Shown one piece after another: positions 10,492 through 20,469 of a DNA stretch of 64,000 nt (positions are counted from its first letter, which is position 1; every line of letters starts with the position of its first letter). A program made the translations under genes and the position numbers. The notes under the pieces were generated by a model that was given only the letters and a program-made list of their open reading frames with translations, was not told the origin of the DNA and searched no databases. Source of the stretch: Nannocystales bacterium (GTDB lineage: Bacteria; Myxococcota_A; Polyangia; Nannocystales; Nannocystaceae); assembly GCA_050633305.1 (NCBI GenBank), contig JBOEGF010000032.1:160001-224000 (forward strand), read 5' to 3'.

Positions 10492-11007
10492 ATGGAGGAG
10501 TTGCGCATCGTCGCGGCAACCCCCGAGTACGCCCTCGGCTGGGCGCCCTCGGTGATGTTGTACGTGTGGAGGGCGGCGACGACCATCGAGGCCGCCCGAG
10601 CGTCGACGGCCACGATCCTTTCCGCACGCGAGGCGAGCCCGACCGGCCGCGGCGTTCTGCTGGGCATCGTCGAAGAACGAACACCCCCACCCGCCGCCGC
10701 CGTACGGCGTGAGATCGCCGAAGCGATGTCGAGCAACGGCGACTTTGTGTTCGCCTCGGCCCTCGTCTTCGAGGGAGGCGGCTTTCAGGGATCGATGGTG
10801 AGGATGGTTGCCGCCGGCTTGTCGATGCTCAGTCGGCTTCCGTTTCCACACCATGTGTTCGACAGCGTCAGCGATGGTGCCCTGTGGCTCGAGCGCGCCA
10901 GCGCGAAAGAGCCTACCCATATCGAGGCCGCGACCCTGGAGGCCCTGATCGCCGGGGTCCGCCAGGCACCGATGACATCGGGCAGCGCACGGGCGGGGTC
11001 TGGATAA
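10492..11007 (+). CDS. Myxobacterial STAS/SEC14-like hypothetical protein
   Basis: GAGGGGG RBS before the ATG; PPPAAAVRREIAE...ALVFEGGGF...VFDSVSDGALWL pattern. Confidence 0.65.
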   Translation: MEELRIVAATPEYALGWAPSVMLYVWRAATTIEAARASTATILSAREASPTGRGVLLGIVEERTPPPAAAVRREIAEAMSSNGDFVFASALVFEGGGFQGSMVRMVAAGLSMLSRLPFPHHVFDSVSDGALWLERASAKEPTHIEAATLEALIAGVRQAPMTSGSARAGSG

Positions 11008-11135
11008 CCAACCCCGGGCCCCCGGCCCAGAGTCCCCCGGGATGCAACTTGCTCGGTCACCCATCGTTGAATACCGTGCGCGGGTGCGAATGGTTCGACG
11101 GCGACAGCATGCGCAACGCACCCGCGGGGTCGAAC

Positions 11136-11717
11136 ATGTCTGAGCACACTCCGACCTTCTTCCCCACCCCCGCCGACTTCCGAGCGTGGCTCGAACAGCA
11201 CCACGCAACGACCGATCACCTTTGGGTGGGCTACTACAAAAAGGCGACGAACAAACCCTCGGTCACCTGGGAAGACACCGTCGACGAAGCCTTGTGCTTC
11301 GGCTGGATCGACGGCGTCCGAAAAACTCGCGACCCCGAGAGCTACACGATTCGTTTCACACCTCGGAAGTCCAAGAGCGTCTGGAGCCAGCGGAACATCG
11401 ACCTCGTCGAACGGCTCAACGCCGAAGGCCGCATGAAACCCGAAGGTCTCGCGGCCTTTGCTCTCAAGGATGAGCACCCCGACAGTGGCTACGCGACGGC
11501 CAACTTCGACGGTTCGTTGCCCGAGTCGATGGTTGCGCAGTTCAAGCAGACTCCCGGCGCATGGGAGTTCTACGAAGCGCAACCGCCGGGCTACCGCAAA
11601 CATGCGGGGCGGTGGGTGACGAGCGCGAAGCGTGAGGAGACTCGAACACGGCGGCTCGCGACATTGATCGAAGACTCGGGGAATCAACTGCGCATCAAGC
11701 AGCTCCGCAAGAGCTGA
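11136..11717 (+). CDS. YdeI/OmpD-associated family protein
   Basis: FRAWLEQHH...EALCFGWIDG...FTPRK...W..SAKREETR.RRL. Confidence 0.9.
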   Translation: MSEHTPTFFPTPADFRAWLEQHHATTDHLWVGYYKKATNKPSVTWEDTVDEALCFGWIDGVRKTRDPESYTIRFTPRKSKSVWSQRNIDLVERLNAEGRMKPEGLAAFALKDEHPDSGYATANFDGSLPESMVAQFKQTPGAWEFYEAQPPGYRKHAGRWVTSAKREETRTRRLATLIEDSGNQLRIKQLRKS

Positions 11718-11826
11718 AGACCGGCGCTCGCACCGTCGAGGAACACGACAGGTCCGTGGCGGGGGCTGTGCCGGCCCACCTCCGCCATAGGCTGCCCCGG
11801 GTTCGAACGCAAAGACGGGCCGACCG

Positions 11827-12534
11827 CTACCGCGGAACCCCGTCGATGAGCGCCGCGATGACCTCTGCATTGGGCACGAACGTCAGCGTGCTCCGGCGTG
11901 CGTGCGTGATCCGGTCCATGCGAAACATTCGGGCGACGGCAAGTTCGGTGTCCAGCGCGAGCACGTACCAGACCGGGGTCTGCACGAGGATGCCATGCGG
12001 CTCGACAATACGTGTGCTCGTCTTGCCGCGGCGGTCTGCGTAGCGAAAGCACAAGCAGAGCCTCCGACTAAAACACCCTTCAAACACCGGGAGGAGGTCT
12101 GAGCTGATGGGCGCGACAGAGGCTCTGACCTTTGCCGTCGCGGGCGATGCAACGACGATCCGTCGGACGAATGCCTTGAGCTGACGACGTCTGTCCTCGG
12201 GCAGCGAGGCCACGACCTTGGTGACCGCTGCGCCGCTGCGCCCCGTAAACGGCAGTCCGCATGCTCGCCGCCCGACCTGCGCCGAAAGCCACAATGCCAC
12301 CGCCTCGGCCTCCGACAGACGCACCATCGGCAGCGCGGCATGCCGCGCCAGCCGGACCCCGCCCCCACGACCACGAGCCCCTTCGAGGTCGACCCCCTGC
12401 GAACGCAGCGACTCGACATCCCGGCGAATCGTGCGGACAGAGACGTTCAGCGCGGCCGACAACGTACCCATCGTGCATCCGTCATGCGCCCTCAGGTGTG
12501 AGAGCAAGGCATCGAGTCGTTCTTGCTTGGTCAT
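11827..12534 (-). CDS. HTH_11-WYL (YafY-family) transcriptional regulator
   Basis: LNVSVRTIRRDVESLR HTH, GRGGG, and WYL domain (RIVEPHGI...WYVLA...RMFRMDRI). Confidence 0.9.
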   Translation of the reverse strand: MTKQERLDALLSHLRAHDGCTMGTLSAALNVSVRTIRRDVESLRSQGVDLEGARGRGGGVRLARHAALPMVRLSEAEAVALWLSAQVGRRACGLPFTGRSGAAVTKVVASLPEDRRRQLKAFVRRIVVASPATAKVRASVAPISSDLLPVFEGCFSRRLCLCFRYADRRGKTSTRIVEPHGILVQTPVWYVLALDTELAVARMFRMDRITHARRSTLTFVPNAEVIAALIDGVPR

Positions 12535-12567
12535 GTCGCCTGTTCCGACGCCCAAACATCCGGCAGA

Positions 12568-12590
12568 AATAGGCCAGAAGTTGTCCTATT
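12568..12590. promoter_or_regulatory. Palindromic operator, probably for the adjacent WYL regulator
   Basis: AATAGGCCA-gaagt-TGTCCTATT, an 8/9 inverted repeat in the divergent intergenic gap. Confidence 0.6.
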
Positions 12591-12628
12591 CGAACGTAGC
12601 GTGGAAGTCGAACAAGGCCAAGACTTCC

Positions 12629-12919
12629 ATGATCAAGGAAATCGTCATCTACAAGATCAAACCCGACCAAGCCCCGGGGTTCTCCATCGCTCGAAGCGCC
12701 CTCGCCGAGGAACTCGCGGAGCTTCCAGGGTTTCACAGCATCACCACCGAAGTCAGCACCGACGATGAGCACATGTTCATCGACATCGCGTTGTGGCGGA
12801 CAGCGGACGATGCCAAGCGAGCATTCGAAGGATTCCCAAAACTGAAGTCCGCTCCGGCTCTCATGGCGGCGCTCGAGGGCGACCCTGTGTTCGCAGGGCA
12901 TTTCGAGGCGAACGCGTAG
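12629..12919 (+). CDS. Antibiotic biosynthesis monooxygenase (ABM/dimeric alpha-beta barrel) protein
   Basis: 96 aa; EIVIYKIK...LPGF...FIDIALW. Confidence 0.75.
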   Translation: MIKEIVIYKIKPDQAPGFSIARSALAEELAELPGFHSITTEVSTDDEHMFIDIALWRTADDAKRAFEGFPKLKSAPALMAALEGDPVFAGHFEANA

Positions 12920-12946
12920 GCCTGCACCACGCCCCCCTGGGACTTC

Positions 12947-13297
12947 ATGCCCAACAAGAGTACAAAGAACGCATTGGTCATCGGAGGGCTGTTTGCGCTC
13001 ATCGAGACACTGCTGGTCTACGGCGTCGACCCCGACGGGGAGGGATGGGTGCTGCTGCAGGGAGCCACGTTCTGGTTCTCCTGCGGCGTCCTGGTCGCCC
13101 TTTCCAAAACCGACCTACACCCGTTCGTCAACAGCATGTTTGTCGTCGTCCTCATGAACGTGCCTTGGTACATCGCACTGGCAGTCGTTCCGCATCAACT
13201 CGAGCTCCTTCCCCCGCTCGTCCTCGCAAGCGTGGTTCTCGGAGGTGTGGGCGGGGGCGTGAAGACCTGGCTCGACCGGGACCGAAGGAAGGCCTGA
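12947..13297 (+). CDS. Small four-TM membrane protein
   Basis: Hydrophobic 116-aa ORF, co-directional with the ABM gene. Confidence 0.7.
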   Translation: MPNKSTKNALVIGGLFALIETLLVYGVDPDGEGWVLLQGATFWFSCGVLVALSKTDLHPFVNSMFVVVLMNVPWYIALAVVPHQLELLPPLVLASVVLGGVGGGVKTWLDRDRRKA

Positions 13298-13514
13298 GTC
13301 CGCCGAACGCGCCCCCGCCATCGGACCGGGCACGGCTGGAGTGAACCCGCCCGCCACGGTAATGCGTTGCCGCGTCGCTGTGGATGAGCGTAACGGACGT
13401 GGTCGCGCACACACGAACTCCAGAGTGAAACGTTTGCGGATGAACCCCGGTCCCAGCCGACACTCATATCGGCATGCAAACGGCGGGTCGCGGTCATCAG
13501 GCGGGGAATCGAGA

Positions 13515-15212
13515 GTGAAGAGGGTCGAATCCTCCGCCGCACTGCTCGCGTACGGACTCCTCATGGGGTGCTACGCAGGCACAGACGCAAACCGAGGACC
13601 CGGCACGGGGACCGACGGTCAGGGGACGGACGGTGAAACAACCGGGTCCAGCCAGGGGGAGACCGATGGGAGTGACAGCGGCGAGGAGCCTCCAGGGACC
13701 GCGGACTGTTCTCTTGGCGCGGAGCCCATCCGCCGACTCGGCCGTCTCGAATACGCCAACACTCTCGCGACGCTGTTTCCTGGCGTCGCGCTTCCTCTGG
13801 ACCTGCCTATCGAGGATGGTCGTGTCGACGGGTTCGTCGGCCACGCCAGCGGCCAGACGGCCTCAACGCTGAGCGTCGCTCGCTACGAAGGGCTCGCCAG
13901 CGATGTCGCCGAGTCCGCGGCCCAGAACCTGGGGTCGTGGGCGCCGTGCACCGACGACTCTGCAACGTGCACCGAAGACATCGCCGCCGAGCTGGCGATG
14001 CGCGCCTACCGACGGCCGCTCGATGCCGAAGAGGAAGCCGCAGCGCGCGCTCTGGCCACCGCGGCATACTCGGATTTTGGCCAAGTTGAAGCCGTGCAGG
14101 TCACCGTGGAGGCGATCCTTCAGTCGCCGTTCTTCCTGTACCGCCCCCAGTTTGGTGTCGCCGGCGATGGGGCCACCGTGCCCCTGGGCGACTTCGAGAT
14201 GGCCAGCCAACTCTCGTACTTCTTCCTCGACGACATGCCCGATGCAGAGCTTTGGGCGGCAGCCCAGGCGGGTGAGCTCACAGACCCAGACGGCCTCGAA
14301 GCTCAGGCGCGACGGCTCCTGGTCGACCCACGGGCCGAGGATGTGCTGACCGGTTTCCTCAGCGAATGGCTTCGGTTGTACAAGCTCGAGGAGGTCAGCT
14401 TGGACGAAGGAGCCTTCCCACAGTGGGATGAGACCCTCCAGGCGGACCTCGACGAGTCCGCGCGACTCTTTCTGCACGAGGCGCTTTGGGAAGCCGACTC
14501 CTGGGAAGCCCTCATGAGCGGAAGCTACGGCTACGTCAATGACCGGCTCGCACCGATCTTCGGCGTGGCTGCACCCGGGTCTGCCGACTTCGTGCGGGTC
14601 GAACTCGACCCGACCCAGCGCCGCGGCATCCTCACGCAGCCCGGCATCCTGGCCTCGACGTCCCACGGCATCTCCCACTCGCCGATTTTTCGCGGCGTGA
14701 CCGTGCTGGACAACATCATGTGTAATCCGGTCCCGGCGGCCCCTCCAGGCTTCGCAGATGAGGACCCGAACGACGTCTCGCCGGAAGACATCTGCACAAC
14801 TCGGGACCAGGTTTGGCTCACGCATACCAACCGCTCGGAATGTCTCGTCTGCCACAACGCGATCGACAACGTCGGGTTCACCTTCGAAAACTACGACGCG
14901 CTCGGTCGGTTCCGCACCGACGAGAACGGTTGCAGTATCGACGCAAGCGGTGCCTTCCCCGGAGAGATCGGCGAGGTAAGCGGGCCGATCGAGGCAGCAG
15001 AGGCACTGGCGAACAGCACACAAACCGTACGCTGCGCAGGGGAGCACGTCGTGCGATTCACGATGGGCCGCAGCACCCGAGAGGGCGACGACTGCGAGCT
15101 CGAAGCACTGGCCGACGCGGTTCAGGCTGGTGGAAGCCTACAAGAGATGTTCATTCAGATGACACTGTCGCCCACGTTCCGTCGGCGAGCCAACACCGGA
15201 GAGTCGCCATGA
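13515..15212 (+). CDS. DUF1587/1595/1592/1588/1585 lipoprotein with CxxCH
   Basis: LMGC lipobox; IRRLGRLEYANTL, LQSPFFLYR, ASQLSYF, RRGILTQ, CLVCH, FENYDALGRFR. Confidence 0.9.
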   Translation: MKRVESSAALLAYGLLMGCYAGTDANRGPGTGTDGQGTDGETTGSSQGETDGSDSGEEPPGTADCSLGAEPIRRLGRLEYANTLATLFPGVALPLDLPIEDGRVDGFVGHASGQTASTLSVARYEGLASDVAESAAQNLGSWAPCTDDSATCTEDIAAELAMRAYRRPLDAEEEAAARALATAAYSDFGQVEAVQVTVEAILQSPFFLYRPQFGVAGDGATVPLGDFEMASQLSYFFLDDMPDAELWAAAQAGELTDPDGLEAQARRLLVDPRAEDVLTGFLSEWLRLYKLEEVSLDEGAFPQWDETLQADLDESARLFLHEALWEADSWEALMSGSYGYVNDRLAPIFGVAAPGSADFVRVELDPTQRRGILTQPGILASTSHGISHSPIFRGVTVLDNIMCNPVPAAPPGFADEDPNDVSPEDICTTRDQVWLTHTNRSECLVCHNAIDNVGFTFENYDALGRFRTDENGCSIDASGAFPGEIGEVSGPIEAAEALANSTQTVRCAGEHVVRFTMGRSTREGDDCELEALADAVQAGGSLQEMFIQMTLSPTFRRRANTGESP

Positions 15213-16726
15213 GCCGTAGCTTCGATCGTCGATCCCTCTTCAAGCTCTTGGCTGCCAGTTCGGTGGGCAGCATGCTCCCATGGCTGCACTCTCCACAGGC
15301 ACGGGGCGGCGGTGCTGACAGCGTGCCGCTACGGATCCTCTTCGTCGAACTTGGCCATGGGTTTCGGCGCGGCACGTGGGAGCCCACGGTGAGCGGTGCC
15401 CTCGATCCCCTCGCCACGGAGACGACGACGGACTGGACGCTGCGGCCCAAGCTCTCCGCGCTCGAGCCCTACCGCGAGCGGATCAACATGTTCTACAACC
15501 TCGACATGGTCTCGTCGAAGGTTGACCCGACCGCGGCCGCAAATGCACACATCGACGGCCAGACCCACTACATGACCTCGGAAGACAGGATCGCGGCAGA
15601 CCTGGGAGGGGGCGTGTCGATCGACCAGTTGATCGCCCAGGGGATCGCGGACAGCGGCGTTCAAACCCGCCTGCGCTCGTTGGAGCTTCTCGCGGACGAG
15701 AACAGCATCGCGCTCTACAACGAGACCTCGGACGTGGGGCGCTACGCCATTCCCGGGGAGAGGCTGCCTGCGATTTCACACCCACCGTTGGGGTGGGACC
15801 ACATCTTCCCCAAGCCCCTGAGCACCGACCTCGCGGCGCAACAGCGCCACGTCGCCAAGAAGACCAGCGCCTACAACTACATCCGCGGGGACTACGAGCG
15901 CCTCGTGGCACGGCTGGGCGGTGAAGATCGGACCAAGATCGAGTCGATGCTCGACCTGCGCTCCGACTTGCACAACGCCCTGACCCTCTTCAATGACCGC
16001 GACGCGAACCGGCCCGATAGGGGGGACGTGCTCGCCCCCTACGAGGCGCTCGATGACGGGGCCGACGGGTCGCCGGGCAACCCCAAGTGGTCCGTGAAAT
16101 CGCGAGTGCAGTCCCAGCTGATGGCCGCTGCACTCCATACAGACACAACCCGGGTCGGCAACCTCATTTTTCGCTGGGCCCCCTACTACCAGACGGGCTA
16201 CGCCGATGGGATGTCGTTCGGCGGCGTCTCCACGCTCGACTTCCACGACCTCGTGCACAAGGCGAGCGGCGACGTTGCGGACATCTCCGACCCCACAGGC
16301 CTCGCGGTGGTGGACGATGCGGAGGTTCTCGAGGTGGATCTGTTGCGGAACGTGCTCGACACCCTCGCCACCCTCCCGGAGACGGACGGTCAAACGATGC
16401 TCGAGCACACGCTGGTGGTCGTCGTCCACCATATCGGGGAAGGCTCCCATGACCTCACCCGAATTCCGTTCTTCACGATCGGGGATGCGCACGGCTCGTT
16501 GAGCACGGGGAACTACGTTCGTTTCCCGGCGACGTGGCACGACGACCCCACGCAGGTCGGCCAGTTCAACTACCCCGAGGACTGGGGCGACCGACTGTTC
16601 AACCACAAAGGACGCCCCCACGGGGACCTGTTCGCGACTCTCGCCCAAGCCATGGGCCTCGACGTATCGACGTTTGGTCGGCAGATGCCGGAGTCCCGCG
16701 GCTTGATCTCCGAGATTCTCGCCTAG
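15209..16726 (+). CDS. DUF1552-domain protein, Tat-exported
   Basis: FDRRSLFK twin-arginine signal; GVSIDQLIA, DTTRV, HDLVH; ATGA overlap with the upstream gene. Confidence 0.88.
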   Translation: MSRSFDRRSLFKLLAASSVGSMLPWLHSPQARGGGADSVPLRILFVELGHGFRRGTWEPTVSGALDPLATETTTDWTLRPKLSALEPYRERINMFYNLDMVSSKVDPTAAANAHIDGQTHYMTSEDRIAADLGGGVSIDQLIAQGIADSGVQTRLRSLELLADENSIALYNETSDVGRYAIPGERLPAISHPPLGWDHIFPKPLSTDLAAQQRHVAKKTSAYNYIRGDYERLVARLGGEDRTKIESMLDLRSDLHNALTLFNDRDANRPDRGDVLAPYEALDDGADGSPGNPKWSVKSRVQSQLMAAALHTDTTRVGNLIFRWAPYYQTGYADGMSFGGVSTLDFHDLVHKASGDVADISDPTGLAVVDDAEVLEVDLLRNVLDTLATLPETDGQTMLEHTLVVVVHHIGEGSHDLTRIPFFTIGDAHGSLSTGNYVRFPATWHDDPTQVGQFNYPEDWGDRLFNHKGRPHGDLFATLAQAMGLDVSTFGRQMPESRGLISEILA

Positions 16727-16939
16727 CGCCGCGGCGGGGGTCAAAGCGACGACAGCGGGCACGTCCCCGGTACGAGACCGGACTGGTCGCACACGACCCC
16801 GACACGAACGAGTGAGAATCCATGCCGAGTGACATGGCCCTGACATTGCTCTGGCCCGCATCGGAGTCACGGCTCTGGGGCTCGTCGATTTTCCCAGGTT
16901 GGGCCTCGTGGAAACAGTGACTTATCGAGTCAAGCGACT

Positions 16940-17725
16940 ATGGACAATAGCGTGAAGCTCGTTCCCAGCATTCTAATCCCAGCCATCTACATCGCCACCG
17001 CTGCGCTCACGGCATGCAGCGAACCCGCGGACACTGAGCCCGGAACCCTGCGAATGGGTCTGGCGGGCCAAGACGCAGACGGTCACTATTATCGGCTCCG
17101 TTCCGGCTTCATCGACGTTTCGGGGCCCACGTTCGTGTCCCTGGACACCGAGATGGACCCGAATACGACCGAGTACCTCACGGTCGATGTCCCGACGGGT
17201 GACTACAGCCTCACGCTCCAGCCCGGCTGGTGGGTCGAGCAATGGGACCCGTTCTCGGACCAAAGCTTCGCGATCGAGGCACGGCTCATCTCGGAGAACC
17301 CCGCGAGCGCCACGGTCACTCAACTCTCGACGTCCATCGTCACTTACACGTTCTACGTGGAAGGCGTTGGACCGATCAGCCTCGGCGATGGAGACCTCGC
17401 GGTGGACGTGGACTTCGATACCGAGCCGCCGATCTGCGACCCCGACATCCAGGACTGCGCCAACGGACTCACATGTTCTCTCACCGACTTCGCGACCCCA
17501 CAGTTCGAGTGCGGACCGGAGGGATTCGCAGCGGCGTACCAAGACTGCTACACCGCGTTCGACTGCGAGATGGACCACGCATGCGCTCCGGCCACAGAGA
17601 ACCTCAACTGTGCGTTCGGCCCCGATTGCTGCGTGCCAACATGTGACCTCGCGGCACCGGCTTGTCCGAACGGAGAGGCTTGCGTGCCGCTGGATGGCAC
17701 GACCGGAATCTGTTCGACCAACTAA
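16940..17725 (+). CDS. Cys-rich lipoprotein
   Basis: LTAC lipobox; C-terminal Cys cluster (CCVPTCDL). Confidence 0.75.
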   Translation: MDNSVKLVPSILIPAIYIATAALTACSEPADTEPGTLRMGLAGQDADGHYYRLRSGFIDVSGPTFVSLDTEMDPNTTEYLTVDVPTGDYSLTLQPGWWVEQWDPFSDQSFAIEARLISENPASATVTQLSTSIVTYTFYVEGVGPISLGDGDLAVDVDFDTEPPICDPDIQDCANGLTCSLTDFATPQFECGPEGFAAAYQDCYTAFDCEMDHACAPATENLNCAFGPDCCVPTCDLAAPACPNGEACVPLDGTTGICSTN

Positions 17726-18060
17726 GAGCGCCCCCGCAGAGACCCGCGGAGTCTCCGCCCCGGGTGTTTCGCCCCCCAGGACCCGCTCTGTGGACCCGGA
17801 GACGCGCCCGTGTGGCAGCCCGAGCTCGCATCGATGCAGCAGGGGTGGAGGAGATGACCCGTCCACGAGCGTGGCTGTGCGCCCTCGGGCGGGGACCCGG
17901 TCGGCGATGCTCTCCCGACCGGAGACGTCACCGTGTGCTGTCGAACTTGGCAGGACTCCGTGTACCGAAGGCTCACGCAGCGGACGACGACCTCCGACAA
18001 CGGATGCACACAGGCCCGTGCTCCGCGGCTCGGCTTTGTGTCAGACTCCATCCGCCGCCG

Positions 18061-19461
18061 ATGACAGAGCTTCCCCCCGGGCCTCGAGCCCCCAAGATCG
18101 TGCAAGCGCTTTCGTTTGGCCGCGACCCCACGCGGTACCTGCTCCAATGTGCGGCCGCGTACGGCGACATGTTTACGCTCCGCATGCCCAACGATCCGCC
18201 CAGGGTCGTGCTCAGCAATCCGGTCGCCGTCAAGAAGGTGTTCTCGTTACGGCCCGACGCGTACCGCTCCGACAACCTGGCGATTCATCTCAACCTTGGG
18301 TCCCGCTCGATCCTGTTTCGAGATGGTGAGCAGCACAAGCAGCTGCGCCGCCTCACCGCTCCATCCCTGCAGGCCAAACAGGTGCGTGGGTATGCAGACG
18401 CCATGTTGGAGGTTACGCGAGAGACAGTCGCGCGTTGGCCCACCGACACCGCGTTTCCATTGCTCCCGGAGATGAACCGAATCGCGCTCGACGTCGTGCT
18501 CCGATGTGTATTCGGCGTCGAAGGCTCGGAGCGAGATGCGCTACGAGTTCAGGTGCTGACATGGCTACAGGGCACGCTGTCTCCTGCGCTCTTCGTCACC
18601 GGAATGGTGGTCAACGCCTACCGACTCCGACGCGTTCTCGACCGCGCCGTCGACCGAGCTCGAACCCGGCTTGGGCGACGTCCGCTGCTGTTTCGCGGGC
18701 TCGCCGATGCCAAGGTGGGTATCTTGGCGGCGCTCCAACAACGCATCGAGCACTGTCGTCACGCGCCGGCAGGGGCTCACAACAACGTCCTGTCGCTCCT
18801 CGTCGGCGCCCGCTACGAAGACGGATCGCCACTGGACGACGAAGACATTCTCGACCAGCTCGTCACTTTTCTCGTCGGAGGGCACGAGACAACCGCCAAC
18901 ACCCTCGCGTGGGCGCTCTCGATGATCGTGCGCCGGCCCGCTGTGCTCGCCCGTGTTCAAGCCGAGCTGTACGACCACTTCGGGGATGGAGACATCGATG
19001 CAAGCCGCGCAGGCGAGCTGAGCTACCTCGATGCGTGCCTCAAGGAGTCGATGAGGTTGTCTCCGATCTCCCCGGGACCCATCCGGACACTCACCCAAGA
19101 ATGCCAGCTACCCGGCTACCGCCTATCTCCCGGCACGGCCGTGTGGGCTTCGACCTATCTCACGCACCGACGCGCTGACGTCTGGAAGAACTCGGACAGA
19201 TTCAACCCCGAGCGCTTCTTGGAAGGGGCTGGACCGGGAGCCCACGAGTTCTTTCCCTTCGGTGGAGGCGCACGGCGATGCCTCGGAGCACTCTTCGCAG
19301 AGTTCGAGATGCGGATCGTGTTGGCCGAGATTCTCCACCGATTCGAGCTCCTGCCCTGCGCCGATCCCCCTCAGGCAGTCTTTGCAGGCATCTCGATGTC
19401 ACCGGCCGACGGAGTCCCGGTCCGGACGCGGCGTCGCGACGTTGCGAAGCCGGACGCATGA
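18061..19461 (+). CDS. Cytochrome P450
   Basis: GGHETT I-helix, ESMR (ExxR), PERF, FGGGARRCLG heme ligand. Confidence 0.95.
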   Translation: MTELPPGPRAPKIVQALSFGRDPTRYLLQCAAAYGDMFTLRMPNDPPRVVLSNPVAVKKVFSLRPDAYRSDNLAIHLNLGSRSILFRDGEQHKQLRRLTAPSLQAKQVRGYADAMLEVTRETVARWPTDTAFPLLPEMNRIALDVVLRCVFGVEGSERDALRVQVLTWLQGTLSPALFVTGMVVNAYRLRRVLDRAVDRARTRLGRRPLLFRGLADAKVGILAALQQRIEHCRHAPAGAHNNVLSLLVGARYEDGSPLDDEDILDQLVTFLVGGHETTANTLAWALSMIVRRPAVLARVQAELYDHFGDGDIDASRAGELSYLDACLKESMRLSPISPGPIRTLTQECQLPGYRLSPGTAVWASTYLTHRRADVWKNSDRFNPERFLEGAGPGAHEFFPFGGGARRCLGALFAEFEMRIVLAEILHRFELLPCADPPQAVFAGISMSPADGVPVRTRRRDVAKPDA

Positions 19462-19494
19462 TCCGGCTCCGGGATCCCCGGTCACGCTCAACGC

Positions 19495-20469
19495 CTACCC
19501 GACCACCAGGCGCTTCGCCGACCATGGCCCCCACAGACAGCCTTGGCTTCCGAACGCACACATCGACCATAGTCCGGGCGCATGCTCGGCCACCCAGGGT
19601 GTTCGCGTGCGCGTGTCGATGAGCCGTGTCGCGGTCCATCGCTGGGCCTGGGCCAAGGGGGGCAACGGAACCCCGATCGCTCTGAGTCGAGCATCGATGT
19701 CGAGCATCGCCTGCTCGGGGTCGCGGCGGTCTCCCTCCAGCATGCGATACGAAGCACCCCAAGCCATCCGGGACGGCGCACCGCTGGCGTGCCCACCATG
19801 AATCCGGAACGGCCCCAGTAGAACGCCGTGGGACCAGGCGAGCGACCCTTCTGCGCGCGCAAGGTTCGAGACATCGACGAACGGTCGAAGCAATCCCCGC
19901 GTCGCTGCTCCTGCGGCCACAACCACGCGGCTGGCCATCCAGACCCCACCTCCGTGAAGCTTCACCGACCACCCCTCCGACGCGGGCGAGAGGCATTCGA
20001 CGCGGCCGGCATACCAGCCGATGCCTGCCCCGCCCTGCTCTGCACGTTCCGTCTCGAGCAGCCCGCGGAGATCGACCGCGAGGACCGGGCCGTACTCCAC
20101 GAAGCGGGATGCGGTCGGGGGGACGACGTGCTCGAACAAGCGCCGTGCCAACGGTTCCACCTGCGGCCACGAGCGAAGCAGTCGCTCGCCCGCCTTGGTC
20201 TCGGGAAGGTGCCGCCGCACGATGTCGGAGCGAACGAAACGGCCCCGTGCGCCAAACCAAGACACCGCCGCGCCCCAGGCATCCTCGACGCCGGCCCGCG
20301 GTGCGAAGGAGCCGCCGACGAACGGATGCACCAACGCGCAGGGAGCATCCGAGGCGCGACGGCCCCCGCCATCGATGACTCGGACGCTCCAGCCCTCTCG
20401 GTGCAGCACCTCCGCCGCGAGCACCCCGGCGAGGCCTCCCCCAACGACAACCACATCACGCAGGGACAT
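19495..20469 (-). CDS. FAD-dependent oxidoreductase, MnmC C-terminal-like
   Basis: VVVVGGGLAG Rossmann motif; overlaps the upstream mnmD-like gene; AFGSQG near the C-terminus. Confidence 0.75.
   Translation of the reverse strand: MSLRDVVVVGGGLAGVLAAEVLHREGWSVRVIDGGGRRASDAPCALVHPFVGGSFAPRAGVEDAWGAAVSWFGARGRFVRSDIVRRHLPETKAGERLLRSWPQVEPLARRLFEHVVPPTASRFVEYGPVLAVDLRGLLETERAEQGGAGIGWYAGRVECLSPASEGWSVKLHGGGVWMASRVVVAAGAATRGLLRPFVDVSNLARAEGSLAWSHGVLLGPFRIHGGHASGAPSRMAWGASYRMLEGDRRDPEQAMLDIDARLRAIGVPLPPLAQAQRWTATRLIDTRTRTPWVAEHAPGLWSMCAFGSQGCLWGPWSAKRLVVG

Noticed and set aside
18061..19461. P450 as part of a biosynthetic cluster
   Set aside because: Stand-alone; no adjacent synthase or redox partner.
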